The position numbers and the translations under genes are program-made. Of a DNA stretch of 64,000 nt, positions 48,205 through 60,505 are shown in pieces; within the stretch, counting starts at the first letter, position 1, and the number at the start of each line of letters is the position of its first letter. The stretch is taken from the NCBI RefSeq assembly GCF_964355755.1, contig NC_092672.1, forward strand, positions 19,109,237 through 19,173,236, given 5' to 3'. Source of the stretch: Antedon mediterranea. Its lineage: Eukaryota; Animalia; Echinodermata. The notes below the pieces were generated by a model. The model ran no database searches. It was not told the DNA's origin and was given only the letters and a program-made list of their open reading frames with translations.

Positions 48205-49675
48205 TTTTTTTTAAACCGGTGTCTTCTTTTTAGTTTAAAACGGTGGATTGTTGTTGATTACAAAAATACGTTTAAAATGGCTGAAAATAAGATTTACATT
48301 CCAAAATGTCTGTTATCCAAACGATCTCGCACAGTGCTGTTATTGATGTGTTATACCGTAAGCGAGTCGGGAGTGTTATAAGCTTAAACCCTTCCTCTGG
48401 TTTGGATATTGCTGAAAATTATCAAGATATTTTATGAGCAATCAAATTATTATTTACTTACTTTGTCAGTAATGTTCATATCTGTGTTCTATTGTAAGAT
48501 ATTTCATAACAGGTTTAGGAAATAGTAAAAATTCACATAACTATTTGAAGTATGTGAATTATTATTGCAACATTTATTATCTCGAATGTTATTTACCAAT
48601 TAACTTAATAATTAAACTTCATAATAGAAGGTTAAGTGAGTTAGGAACACTTAATAAGCCTAAATAAACATGGTCCAAATTCATTTGACCTATAACATTC
48701 AGCAAATTTGAATTACATGTTACAGCATGTTTGAAAGCAGTCTCAAATGTTTTCTTTCATTTGTGAATCCCTAATGACTATTTCAGAAAATACTCGGGCA
48801 AACATTAACTTGGCCGGAATTAACTTAATTACATTTTCATTATAAATTATTTTGAGCCCCTGGGTTTATGTCCACGAATTCCTAGTCTTGTAACTTAATT
48901 TAATTTTTTTTCTGAACAGTTCTGTGATATAAGTTAAAGAGAATAGCAAACTATTCCGTTTTGGTAGGATTCTTCAACACAGTCAAACCATCAACTACTT
49001 TAATAACCAACATTTAATATTATTTTTTATTACAACTTCAATCTATTCTAAATTCAGAAACAAATCTGCTATTTCATTTGTTTTGTTTTATGAAAAGTAC
49101 AGATTGGCTGAGTGAAGTTTATAAGATTGAGAAATATTTAATTACTAGTAGTCCTATACTGTGTTAAACTTATTACAATAAATTGATACTTTAAAGTAAA
49201 CATCACAAACACTAGCACTAGCATTTTTGCTCTGCGAAAGCAATAATGGATTAGAAATGTTTACATAATTATATTGATTATTATAATGTTTCTATAAAAA
49301 ATAATAATTTACTTTACAGTTTATTAGTAGGGTACGGTAATGACAATTAGGCCAATTATACTAGTATATTATTTATTTTATCCCAAATGTTTCAATTCAT
49401 TTGGACGTAGTACTGTAGGAAAATATCAATACATATATTATATACACAAGAAAGAAATTACAAAAGCACAAACAATGTTCATCTATGAGTACCATTATAA
49501 CAATATAAAATAGTTTAGGTTAGGCTAGAATACAATAAAAAGAATTTACAAATTACACATCATTAATTTCTATCAAGAGTACCATTTTTAATTCTGTTAA
49601 AAATACACAAGAACATTCAAAATGCACAGAATCATCTTCTCAGCCTAATACTATAAAAAGCTAGGCATATGTTAA

Positions 49676-49923
49676 AGATGTATTATCCCTCAAAAACATG
49701 AATAATGAAAGTTAATCATTTGTGTAGAAAAAAAAACTTACGAAAAGACAAAATAAACGGTTAAATTCAACTAAAACCCCATATGTACTTTTAGTCAATT
49801 TTAAAGATTTAAATTACAGTTTTTTTAAGGCAAATAATTTTCTTTCGATCCAATTTTGTGACATTAAAATGGCATATTCCACAAAAACATTAAAAAAATT
49901 GTTTTCAGGGAGACAATATATCT
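49676..49923 (+). mobile_element. Kolobok-like non-autonomous element, copy 1 (internally deleted)
   Basis: TTAA|AGATGTATTATCCC...GGAGACAATATATCT|TTAA. Confidence 0.65.
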
Positions 49924-52584
49924 TTAACTATAATATGTACAATCGCAACATTCGGAGTTGGATTCCAAATACTTTTATTCCTTAAGTTAATTGACCTAAC
50001 AGATGTTTCAAAATCAAGTCAATCATTATATAGCAATGTTGCTTCTGAAACTATTTATTTATGTTGTATGTTGATTGAAATCACAATCTTTGGCTTTTGC
50101 AAATGTATTTATATTGATTGCTTTAAAGCTAGAACTGATTGGTTAAACCAGTCCAACTGCAATGTTTTTAAAAGAGAAAACATTAAACTAAAGCAATAAT
50201 TCTTGCGTTTATTAGTTATTTTAACAAGACAAGTAAGCGCTACTAGATATATCATTCGTGAAAAGTTTGACATTTCATTACAAATAATGAAATTATATGG
50301 TAGGAAAAAAGGCACATTCACTTTTCTGACGTAGATTAAATAAGTTATAGGCAGTTAGGTCAGATGGAAAAAATCATGATTTTAGACCGTTTCTTCAAGT
50401 TCAAGTAGAATTATTTATTAACAACGAAATCGAAATAGGTGACAACGTCAACCTTCTGTAATACAGTTTATCTTAAATTCTCAATTGAATAGAGAAAATT
50501 ACGAGAATCGACTAAAGAAAAATATATACATATATAAATACAATTTAAATTTGGTGAAGTACGATGGTTTCAACATCAACATGAGAGTAGTAGGCATAAT
50601 AAAAAAAAAACAGTAATGCAGTACATTCTAATGGAAATAGTACTTATTGTAAAGTAATACAAATAATTAATTTGTTCCGTTATTAGACCCAGAGATTAAT
50701 AGTGAAAGGTACTAAAACCAATTTGAAATATTACATGCCTATATCACCGAATACCAACATTTTAAAACTCAGTTGATACTTCTCAACCTTCATAATGTTT
50801 ATAATGATACAAAACTTTAAAAAACTCTTCAAGATACGTTCCACAAAGATCGGATTCATGTCGAACTTTTGACAAACAGTATTACTGGAAAATGAAAGAG
50901 ACCATAATAATTATGGCTTTTGTATAGTGATTTGATCCAATGAACGACGTCACGTATCTATCCTTCATGGGAACATGACCAGTATACTTTAAAATATATC
51001 ATGTGAGGAAACGCGTATGAAACAAAACGTTAGGCATATTCTTACAGTTTTTCTTCTATTTTCGAACATTCATGGTTACAAATAAAGTGAAAAAAAAAAC
51101 AAGACTGAGTTGATGAAATGAACACAAAAGTGAAAGACTATAATTGAAAGTATGTAACTCTATTACGTTAGCTTGGTTATACTTTGTCGATAAACTATAT
51201 TACGTTATGCAATTTGTAATAACTCGTAGATTCACAATTTTGAAATAGGTCCGTTGAGACTTATTTTTTTATGGTTGGATATTAAATCAAAGTACGGAAA
51301 CAAGGTTTATAATTTAACGATTTATTATGCTTCCGAGAGGTTCGACAATTCATCAAGTATATTAATAATCAGTAAGATAATCCTGAGCTTAATATATCAT
51401 TGTGATTAATGTGTTTGCTTTCATATAGAAGGACCAACATAGATATATCAACTACTAGACGTCAATAGCATTATAGGAAGATATTGTAATTCTACAAGGC
51501 TTATAATTTAGCAAAGGCAAAGTTTAGGCTGTGTTTATACAACACCCTAAATTTGGACACGTCTTTAATTTTTAGCGTATTGCACGGGCCGAGTTCAACC
51601 CCACAAAAACCTTGCAGTAATACATTAAATCGTAATACCGTGTTATACCGTAGTTCATAATCCTAAGTTGTATATAATAATACTTGCATGCATTATGAAT
51701 TAATATGAGTTTATTAAGGATTTTAATAAAGGATGATTTAGTTTAAAATTTAGTTTATTGAGTTATTGATTTTTAAAATCTCCTTTTGAAATTAGAAAAA
51801 AAAAATATTTTAGAATTAGGATAAAACTATGCTACATTTTGCCAAATTATGCCAACATTTGATTAGCACATACTTTTATTTAACGAGAGGTCAAAACATC
51901 AAATGTATATCGAATCAGGATTATTTGTATGGGATAAGGATATAATAATAAACTAGAACTTATTTCAATGTATTAATTATGACAAACAAGTTGTAACATC
52001 TTTTATAGTATTGTTATTTTAAAAAGTGAATTTAAATATAATTATAGTAATAGTTTTGCCATTAAACTATTTTTGGAAGGTATTTGTTAATTTAAATTAT
52101 CATCGAATTATGTTAATAAATATGTTACACGTCTATTGTTTTATATTCATTATCTTACAGCATAACTATGTTGTACTATCTGGTACAAAATGTGTTAAAA
52201 CTGCTAAAATATCGATATTACGAATCAGGATGAATCATTACCATTTGATTTAAAGCTGTTATATAAGATATTCTCCAGTAAGCATTAACTCTTAGTAAGT
52301 CAGAAAATTCTAAAATTACCTGCTACCCTTTTCATGATTACTATCCAACAGCCAGTTAATTAAGTAAAACTGATAATAGTAAATTTGAAATAATTATACA
52401 CATTTAGTGCAAATATTCAAGACTCAAAACATTTTATTGGTCCACTTTAAAATGGAAATTCGTTTTGCTTGGCATAATTAAGACAATAAACCAAAATTGA
52501 AAATTACATCAAATTGCAAAAGGCAATGTTAAAAACTATTAAAAATGCAGATTGAAAAACAAAAAATACTGTTAAAATGCTTAA

Positions 52585-52930
52585 AGATTTTATTGTCCCC
52601 CTGAAAAAATAATTCTTAAAAACATTTTCGTTGAATATTCCATTTAATGTAACGTAATAGTTATCCACTTTGACTAAAAATTAGATCTAAAAAAATGTAT
52701 TCCCTAAAAAAATGTAATTTAAAGCAAAAATGGTCAAATTGGCTGCCAGTCAATGGATTTTTGGTTGAATTTAACCGTTTATTTTGTCATTTTACAAGTG
52801 TAAACATTATTTTTGTTCGTTGTTTTTCTACGGAAGTGATTAATTTTATAATTATTAACTACAAAATAAGGTATTCAAAGTCTGATTTAATTAATCTTAA
52901 TTTTTCATGTTTTTGGGGGACAATACATTT
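52585..52930 (-). mobile_element. Kolobok-like non-autonomous element, copy 2
   Basis: TTAA|AGATTTTATTGTCCCC...GGGGACAATACATTT|TTAA; reverse complement of copy 3. Confidence 0.75.
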
Positions 52931-55900
52931 TTAACATTTAAAATAAAAATTACAACAAATATTTATCGTCGAACGTTAGAATTGTACATAATATTATTAA
53001 TGCTATTTACAACAAAGAACTTCTAAATTTGTTTGATTCATTCACTACTGTTAGTCTGTTCTACATAGATTGGCGTTTGGGGTCGTAGTCTAATGTCAGA
53101 TCTATTAAAATTGTAACAGTAATGTAGCGGGTGCGTAGGATCTCTCTTAGTATTTTTAACTTTTACATTAAGATACACTTCTCGTAAATCAGTGAACATG
53201 GCGTTAAATGATACTTTGTACAATTTTACGTGGTCTGTCTATCATTTTCCGTATAATTACAAAAAAGACGTCCAATGCTAAAGATAAAATACTTAAAATA
53301 ACTAAAATAGTAGGATTAAAATAGTGTATTATTTATCATTTTCAGATAACAGACATGCAAAAAAGTGTATATTTGAATAATTTTGATCAATAAAACAAAA
53401 GCATGTTTTTATTATAACTACCAGAAGTCTAACAGGCTTAAACGTTTCTTTTGGCCGGGTTCAGCTTCAGTTTCTCCTTTATGTTCCTTTAGCAAAAATA
53501 TGTTTTAACAAATAATGTACATAAAATAACATGATGATACTTGTTCTGAAAATAAAATATAAAATCTGAAATACCGAATATGTCCACACCAGTGTTGTTC
53601 CGTCCTCCATCTAAGGCACTGGTTGAGTAAACATTCACAGGAGATTATTTTAAAGTACACCTTCTCACATCATTTTACATTGACTAGGCCTACATGTTAT
53701 GTTAAAGAAACATTACAGTGTGTAAATCAAATAACACTGGTTACTTATGAATAGGTTATCTAAATCCTACGTAATGACAGAAACATTGATAACTTTAAAA
53801 CAAATAGGTTAACACATCTGAGTTTCAAGTAATGACAGAAAACTGACTATAAAAACGTGTGTTTAAGTAGAAGGTGAACTTGTATTAGCCAGGGAATCAA
53901 AACAAGAAGATGATTACAGTATATTTCAGGTCGACGTAACTAACACAAATATACATTATAAAATACAGATTTCTAGTGTAATTATTAAAATGATGTTTAG
54001 GCCTACTAGTTCGAGAAGGTGGGTGATTCTTAATTGCTAATGAAAGATTGGGTTAGGATTGAGTTTAAAACAATCTAAGAAAAAAGAAATGGTACTATGA
54101 TACAATTAAACTCAATTAATGTGTTATGAAATTAAAAATGCAGACATAAAGTAATTCCTCATTCGATAGTTTTGATTTTCATTGTATGTTGATTTTATAT
54201 ACATTTATATGCTCGTTAGTTAAATACAAAACTGTACTCGGTTACTAATTCATTTAATAATAACACACCTTTGTTTAACATTCAAATGTTGCTTTTGTAG
54301 TAGCACTAGAATATACAAGCCTCCATCTTAAATAATGATAAAGAATGCAGCATAAAAATGCTCGTTTGCACAAAATCAGTAAACGATAAATTCGTATCAA
54401 CATTTTTAGAGCTTGTGAACTGAGAAACTATGCACAAAGTGTCAGGAATATAAACATCAGCACTCCTCTGTTCTGCACTTGACAGATTTACAACAAAATG
54501 GTTTCTAAAATTTGGTAAGATCATGACCATTCGCACAAGCATGGCTGTCTTTCATCTTCGCCATTACGTGGTGTTACTGTTGTCTACAAGATCACGTCTT
54601 TATTGCGCTAAATTACAACAACTACATCGACCTTAATGCGAAGGTTTTTCCTAAAGTGGTTTAAGAAATATAATTGTATTCGTTCCAAACCCATATAAAA
54701 CCTCTTTTGAATAAAACTACTAAACCTATCTCATAGTGTTCAGATGTTGTCTATGTTGGAGTGTACATTTGTAATTGCAACTTTAACATCACATGCATAT
54801 TCTTTATTTATATGTAATTTTTACTTAATAAAAATTAAATAAAAGATTGAATGAATGAATTACGTGCTATTTTTTTTCATTAACGAATTCTTGTTTTAGT
54901 CTCAACGATTATAAACAATGTCTTAGTTAAGTCGAAGATGCTCTCCAGGTGGAATGCCATCCTGAGATGAGTACGCTAGTAGTAATTAGTCTTGTTTATT
55001 TTATTTTATTTCATTTATATGTAATTTTTACTTTCTATGGACCAGAGATTTCGAAATAAAACATTGAATGAATGAATTACGTGCTATGTTTTTCATTAAC
55101 GAATTCTTATAAATGAATAAATGATTTTCAAATTTCATTGTTTTTATGTCTTATACCAAAACAATTCCAGAATATTTAGACATCTGATAAAGTTTTCAAC
55201 AGGCATAGGCATAATATAAGTATAAATAAAACGAAATATAACAAATATATTTCGTTCATTAAAAAATCTTGATGCAAAAAACATGTTCTAAGAAAAACCT
55301 CAATGAATCACAATTTGGTAATTTTATGATGTAACTGTAGTAGGTGGTCATAATACTAAGAAAGAGGTGAAATATTGTAATATACAGATTGGTGAATCAT
55401 CTGTGATGGAATTTGGTAGCATCAAAGTTTGGTGTGAGTTCGCAATAAGGTCATTACCTTGTCGTTGATAGATTATCTGTTAGGTCTTCGTGGACACTTG
55501 GCATTTATTAAACATTTCATTCGCTCTTCTTGTTAATTATCTTGATTGGAAGATATTTCTAAACTTCATTCTAACAAAAACATTCTACCATACATATATC
55601 ATCTTTGCAGTTAAAATCATCATTATTTGAATTTCGTTTATTCTTTAACACAATTCAAGAATGGACATTTTGTCTTCACTTGAGTCCAACATTCATATAT
55701 GTTAAAAAAAAACAGAATAAAAATGAAAGCAAGATAGAGAGCAATAGAAAAACGAATAAATCTAAAACTTGAATTGTTCACATTTGGTTTTAAAATATTG
55801 ATTTCATTAAAATGATATATTAAGATATAATTTTCACTACATGTTGGCATCTAGCTTCTATTAATAGTTCCCATATAGTATGTTAACTTTTATTTACAAC

Positions 55901-56319
55901 GGCTCAGAATCCAGTCAACACATACACAACACATCGAAACTAGGCCTACCTAAAAGTACAATATACAAAACATAACTAGTTGCAATTTGAATTGTTTATA
56001 AAAACGTATTTAGGAATATTTATTAACAAGTTAAAGATTGAGTATTAAGTAATATTGTTTTAAAGAAATACGTATAATGATATTATATCAATGTATATAA
56101 TAATTGTATATACATTTATATCATCATTATATTATTTTAAAAAGTCTAAGCATCAAAGAAGTATTACCGTATATTGGTATTATAAAGTAAAATGTATCTT
56201 TAAAAAATGTCAGCACTTAGTCCCTCAATTGTACGCACGCACACCAGAGATCAATTTGATACGCCATCATCTATCAGTGTTTTTTTTTTGCCACGAAGCG
56301 GTATCTACGGAGAGATACT

Positions 56320-56770
56320 TACCGTAAATCTTCTATAGTAACCCACACTCTAATAGTAACACCCCTTCTAATAGTAACCCACCTTATAAGTCAATCTATA
56401 ATAATAACCCACTGCTCTAATAGTAACACATGGGGGTTACTATTAGAGTCACAAAACTATTGACAAAATGACATTATGAAGACTGGTCGTTTATGATGCA
56501 GCCGTAACTTGAAAATAAGGAGATAATGCATGTTGATCTCGGAAGTGGAGGAGTATTGAGTGTTTTTAAGTTTATAAAATAAAGTTAGAGTTCAAAATAT
56601 CTTTATTCGTACTGTTTTATTATTTTGCGGTGTGGGTTACTATTCAGTGCCTATTTAAGATTAGTAATAGTAACCCACTACTGTAATAGTAACCGCTCCC
56701 CCCCCCCCACCACCCGCTCTCCCTTCTAATAATAACCAACCCATAAAAATAACCAAAGAATAATAGCCCA
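56320..56770. mobile_element. Truncated Tc1/mariner-like MITE with AATAGTAACC subrepeats
   Basis: TACCGTA start and about ten AATAGTAAC(C) motifs in both orientations; right end not found. Confidence 0.5.
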
Positions 56771-56882
56771 GGGTAGACACATTAGGCATAGAACATTAAT
56801 TTTAAACCGCCCGGTGATAAACTGAAATTTAATTAATTAATTTAAAAGGATAAGATGAGGAAATCTGTGAGAATTAAAAAAA

Positions 56883-56974
56883 GTCGCACCAACCGCGATT
56901 CGAACCCACCGCGATTCGAACCCAGACTTTTTGCTTATTATGCAGATGTTTAAACCATTAGACCACTAGACCGC
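56883..56974 (-). pseudogene. Degenerate tRNA-like sequence (SINE head or tRNA pseudogene) with duplicated B-box
   Basis: Minus strand GCGGTCTAGTGGTCTAATGG...TCTGC ATAATAA GCAAA...GGGTTCGAATCGCGGT twice, followed by a T run. Confidence 0.55.
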
Positions 56975-58354
56975 TAATATTGAATTTTATCGTCTAAAAA
57001 ATGATTAAAATAAAGGTTTTCTTAAATATTTAAAATTCATTTCGGCTAGAAATAAAAAAAAAACATTATTATTTTTCATTGAACTTGAAAGCTACTTGTT
57101 AATAAAAACAAAATAGAAGTTACAAAATACACATTTTGTTCGTTCGTGTCAGCATATCATGGATATTCACAGTTTTGAAGGTGTTATTTGAAATGTTTTT
57201 TTTTCCAAACCAAAAATTAGTATATAAACTAACCTTAGTTACTACAAACCAGATGAACATTTTCAATCGTTTTTAAGGTGTATTTTATTTTTTATTTATT
57301 ATTTATTTTGGTGATTCATTGCGTAGATACTTAGAAAAATACATGGTCATAACTTTCTTACGTGCAATAATCTTTGGAAATTGCAAGATATGTACGTGTA
57401 TAGGTTAAATAAGCTTGTTTTAAGATTGTATTGCTGATTGCCTTTGATTTTAACTAATTTGCTATTTCCTATGGATTCATTAAACTGCATTTTAATATTT
57501 CCTGCTTAACGCCCAAATTACTTGTTGAACATCATTTACAAAGGGTTTTTTTAGTTTGTTTTACCAGGACCTAGAAGGACGTCACGGGAAATGATATGCG
57601 CATGCGATTGATTGTGATGTCACATGTCTGATGACCTGAGTATAATGATCACCTCATTTGCATATCTCCTGGTCTTCGCAAAAACAAAACATCTACGAAG
57701 AGAAAGGTTGACTAAAGAAATTGCAATGCAATGTAATAACAATACGTCCACAGTTTAAGCTGATACAGATTTGTAAAAATAAAAAAAAAACACTTAAAAG
57801 CTGAATTAGGAAGAAGGTTAGCCTATTTTTTGTTCTAAAACATTATCATATATAAATATCAGTTAAGAATGTCAACCTATACCGGTATACGTTATATTAT
57901 AATAATAAATCACATTATTGAACTCGATAAACAATGAAACTGAATTGAAACTCTATGGCAACCAGATCCACAAAATAAATAAACTATGATACATAACTAT
58001 CATCATGTTTCCTCTATTTATTCTAGTCAGTAACAATGTTAATATTAATGTGATGGAGATTTAGGTAAATTCGATACGGTAATACGCCATAATAATAGAT
58101 ATGTCTCCCTCTATACATTATTCATTTTATAGAGTTTTCACCTCAGAAATTGTAATCAAAACGATGATTGTTTGATTTGAATGTATTTAGGGCCTATCAC
58201 ACATATCACACATATTATTACACATTTTAAAGGAACAACAATCTATAAGTTTTTTTAAACGATATTTAAAAAGTAACACAAATAAAAACGTATTTCCATT
58301 AGTATCTAGTTTATGAGCGCAGTACAACAAACTCACAGGACCGCGTACCGTTAA

Positions 58355-58697
58355 AAATGTATTGTCCCCAAAAACATGAAAAATTAAGATTAATAAAATC
58401 AGACTTTGAATAGGTTATTTTGTAGTTTAAATAAAGTTATATCACTTCTGTAGAAAAAAAGGGGGAATAAAATGTTTTCACTTACAAAATGACAAAATAA
58501 ATGACTAAATTCAACCAAAAATCCATTGGCTGGTAGCCAATTTGACTATTTTTTTTGCTTTAAATAGCAGTTTTTTCAGGTAAATATTTTTTTAAATCCA
58601 ATTTTCCGTTAAAGTGGATAACTAATATGTGAAATTAAAATGGCATATTCAACAACAAAAATTGTAATAATTGTTTTTTCATGGGGACAATACATCT
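58355..58697 (+). mobile_element. Kolobok-like non-autonomous element, copy 3
   Basis: TTAA|AAATGTATTGTCCCC...GGGGACAATACATCT|TTAT. Confidence 0.75.
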
Positions 58698-59301
58698 TTA
58701 TATTTATGCACTTGTTATGAAGTAAAATAAGTGCATCTTAACACTTACATTTCTACCAGATAGAAAAAAAAAATTATATAATATCATGGGAAAGAATGGT
58801 TTAGAAGAAGAAGAAGACTTTAATGAGTCTCAGTATAAGTATGTTTTAAAATTCTATATCAATGATCATATATTTATTTTTTGAAATCGCCGGTGACTGA
58901 TCAAGGACTCTCATGTTTGCACCCAACTCGTTAATGTACGTACCTATTTATTCTGTCTATTTTAATTATCTTTCTTTCCAAGTATACTTGTAAATATACA
59001 CGTGATAGGATACTTATTAATTTCCTGAAACGAGATAAAAAGCTGTCTTTTGATGCGTAAAATTTAATACAAAATAGTTCAATGTCAAGCCTTGTGGCGA
59101 TATAGGCCTACATCACGGCCAATGTTGATCTCCGTTCAAACGAGTGAAATTAGCACTGCTGTTTTTTTGTATACAGTCTACACACTGCTGTATTTACACA
59201 CAATTTCTTTTCTTGGTCTTACGTGCACACATGTTTGTATATCAAGAGTTTTAATTATCTTTGTTCATATAGTAAATATTGTAAACATTTCATTTTGTAC
59301 T

Positions 59302-59412
59302 CATAATCTATACATAGACACCATGCATGACACTTTTCATAATCTATACCTAGACACCATGCATGACACTTTTCATAATCTATACCTAGACACCATGCAT
59401 GACACTTTTCAT
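59302..59412. repeat. 36-bp tandem repeat, 3 copies
   Basis: CATAATCTATACCTAGACACCATGCATGACACTTTT. Confidence 0.93.
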
Positions 59413-60271
59413 ATTATACCCGATTCTCAGTGCTGTATCTTCACATACGGCGTGTGATATTTGCCTAGGAATAGGAATAGCCTGTATCATGTAAGGTTAG
59501 GTTAAGGGTTATGTTATTGTCTATGATACTAAGCGATACCGGTACGCGTAATACATGCTGTATTACCAATAGTCATATGATACTTATTAAATCTAGGGAT
59601 ACAGTACCGAGAATTATGTGAATATTAAGTATATGTATACCTACAAACTGCGTGTATACGACTACCATGCAAGTAATAATGTGTGTAGGTATATAATACA
59701 ATTGACCTACAATTACTTTTCACCTAGACCAGCAAATAAATTGCAATCCTCAAGTTACAAAACTGGTCTTGGAGTGCTTCTTTATCGTTTTTAACACACG
59801 CTGACGTCATTTACGGTAAATGATAATTATAAAACGCATCCATATCATATTCCAATAATTCCTTTTGCATATTTTGAACAACAAATATCACTGTTAATCG
59901 GTGCATGCTCCACTTACTTTTCAGGTTATTACCAACTAAATGATGCTTAAGAATGTAGTGTTAAGTACTTTGTAATGTTGCGAAGTGTTATTAGTGAATG
60001 TTGTATTAATGATTATGTGTTAAGGCTCCTTTCAGCACTCACTGATGACAATACTAATGTGTGCAAATTGCTATGCTAGCGGATCAAAGTGCATACTTCA
60101 TACACGCCTCTAAGTTCAAATGAGATAACTTGGGCGCAAACAAAATTCTATGGCTTGAAAAAACATAGAATGAATGAAAATTGTATATCTGAATAATATA
60201 TAAATAGGGTCTGCTATTCATTTATTGAACATTTACAAATAACAGTTATACGATATGATTCTTAAAATGCC

Positions 60272-60505
60272 CATAAGTTTGTTCTTATCAACTGTTTTCT
60301 TATAAAGTTTGTTTTTATAATTGTTTTTCTTAGGCTCTTATATAAAGTGTTTTTTTAAAATTAAAGTTGTTCTTATAAAGTGTTTTCTCATTAAGGTATT
60401 CTTATATAAAGTGTGTTCTTATTAAAGTTGTACAACGTGTTCTTATATAAAATTTGTTTAAAAAAAGTGTTGTTATGCATATAAGAAGTCTTATTAAAGT
60501 TTTAA
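60272..60505. repeat. Degenerate short-period tandem repeat
   Basis: Recurring TATAAAGT(G/T)TT..TTCT units. Confidence 0.6.

Noticed and set aside
59092-59457. 121-aa ORF with HNLYLDTMHDTF repeats
   Set aside because: Non-ATG start; the repeats are a 36-bp minisatellite; no other coding evidence.
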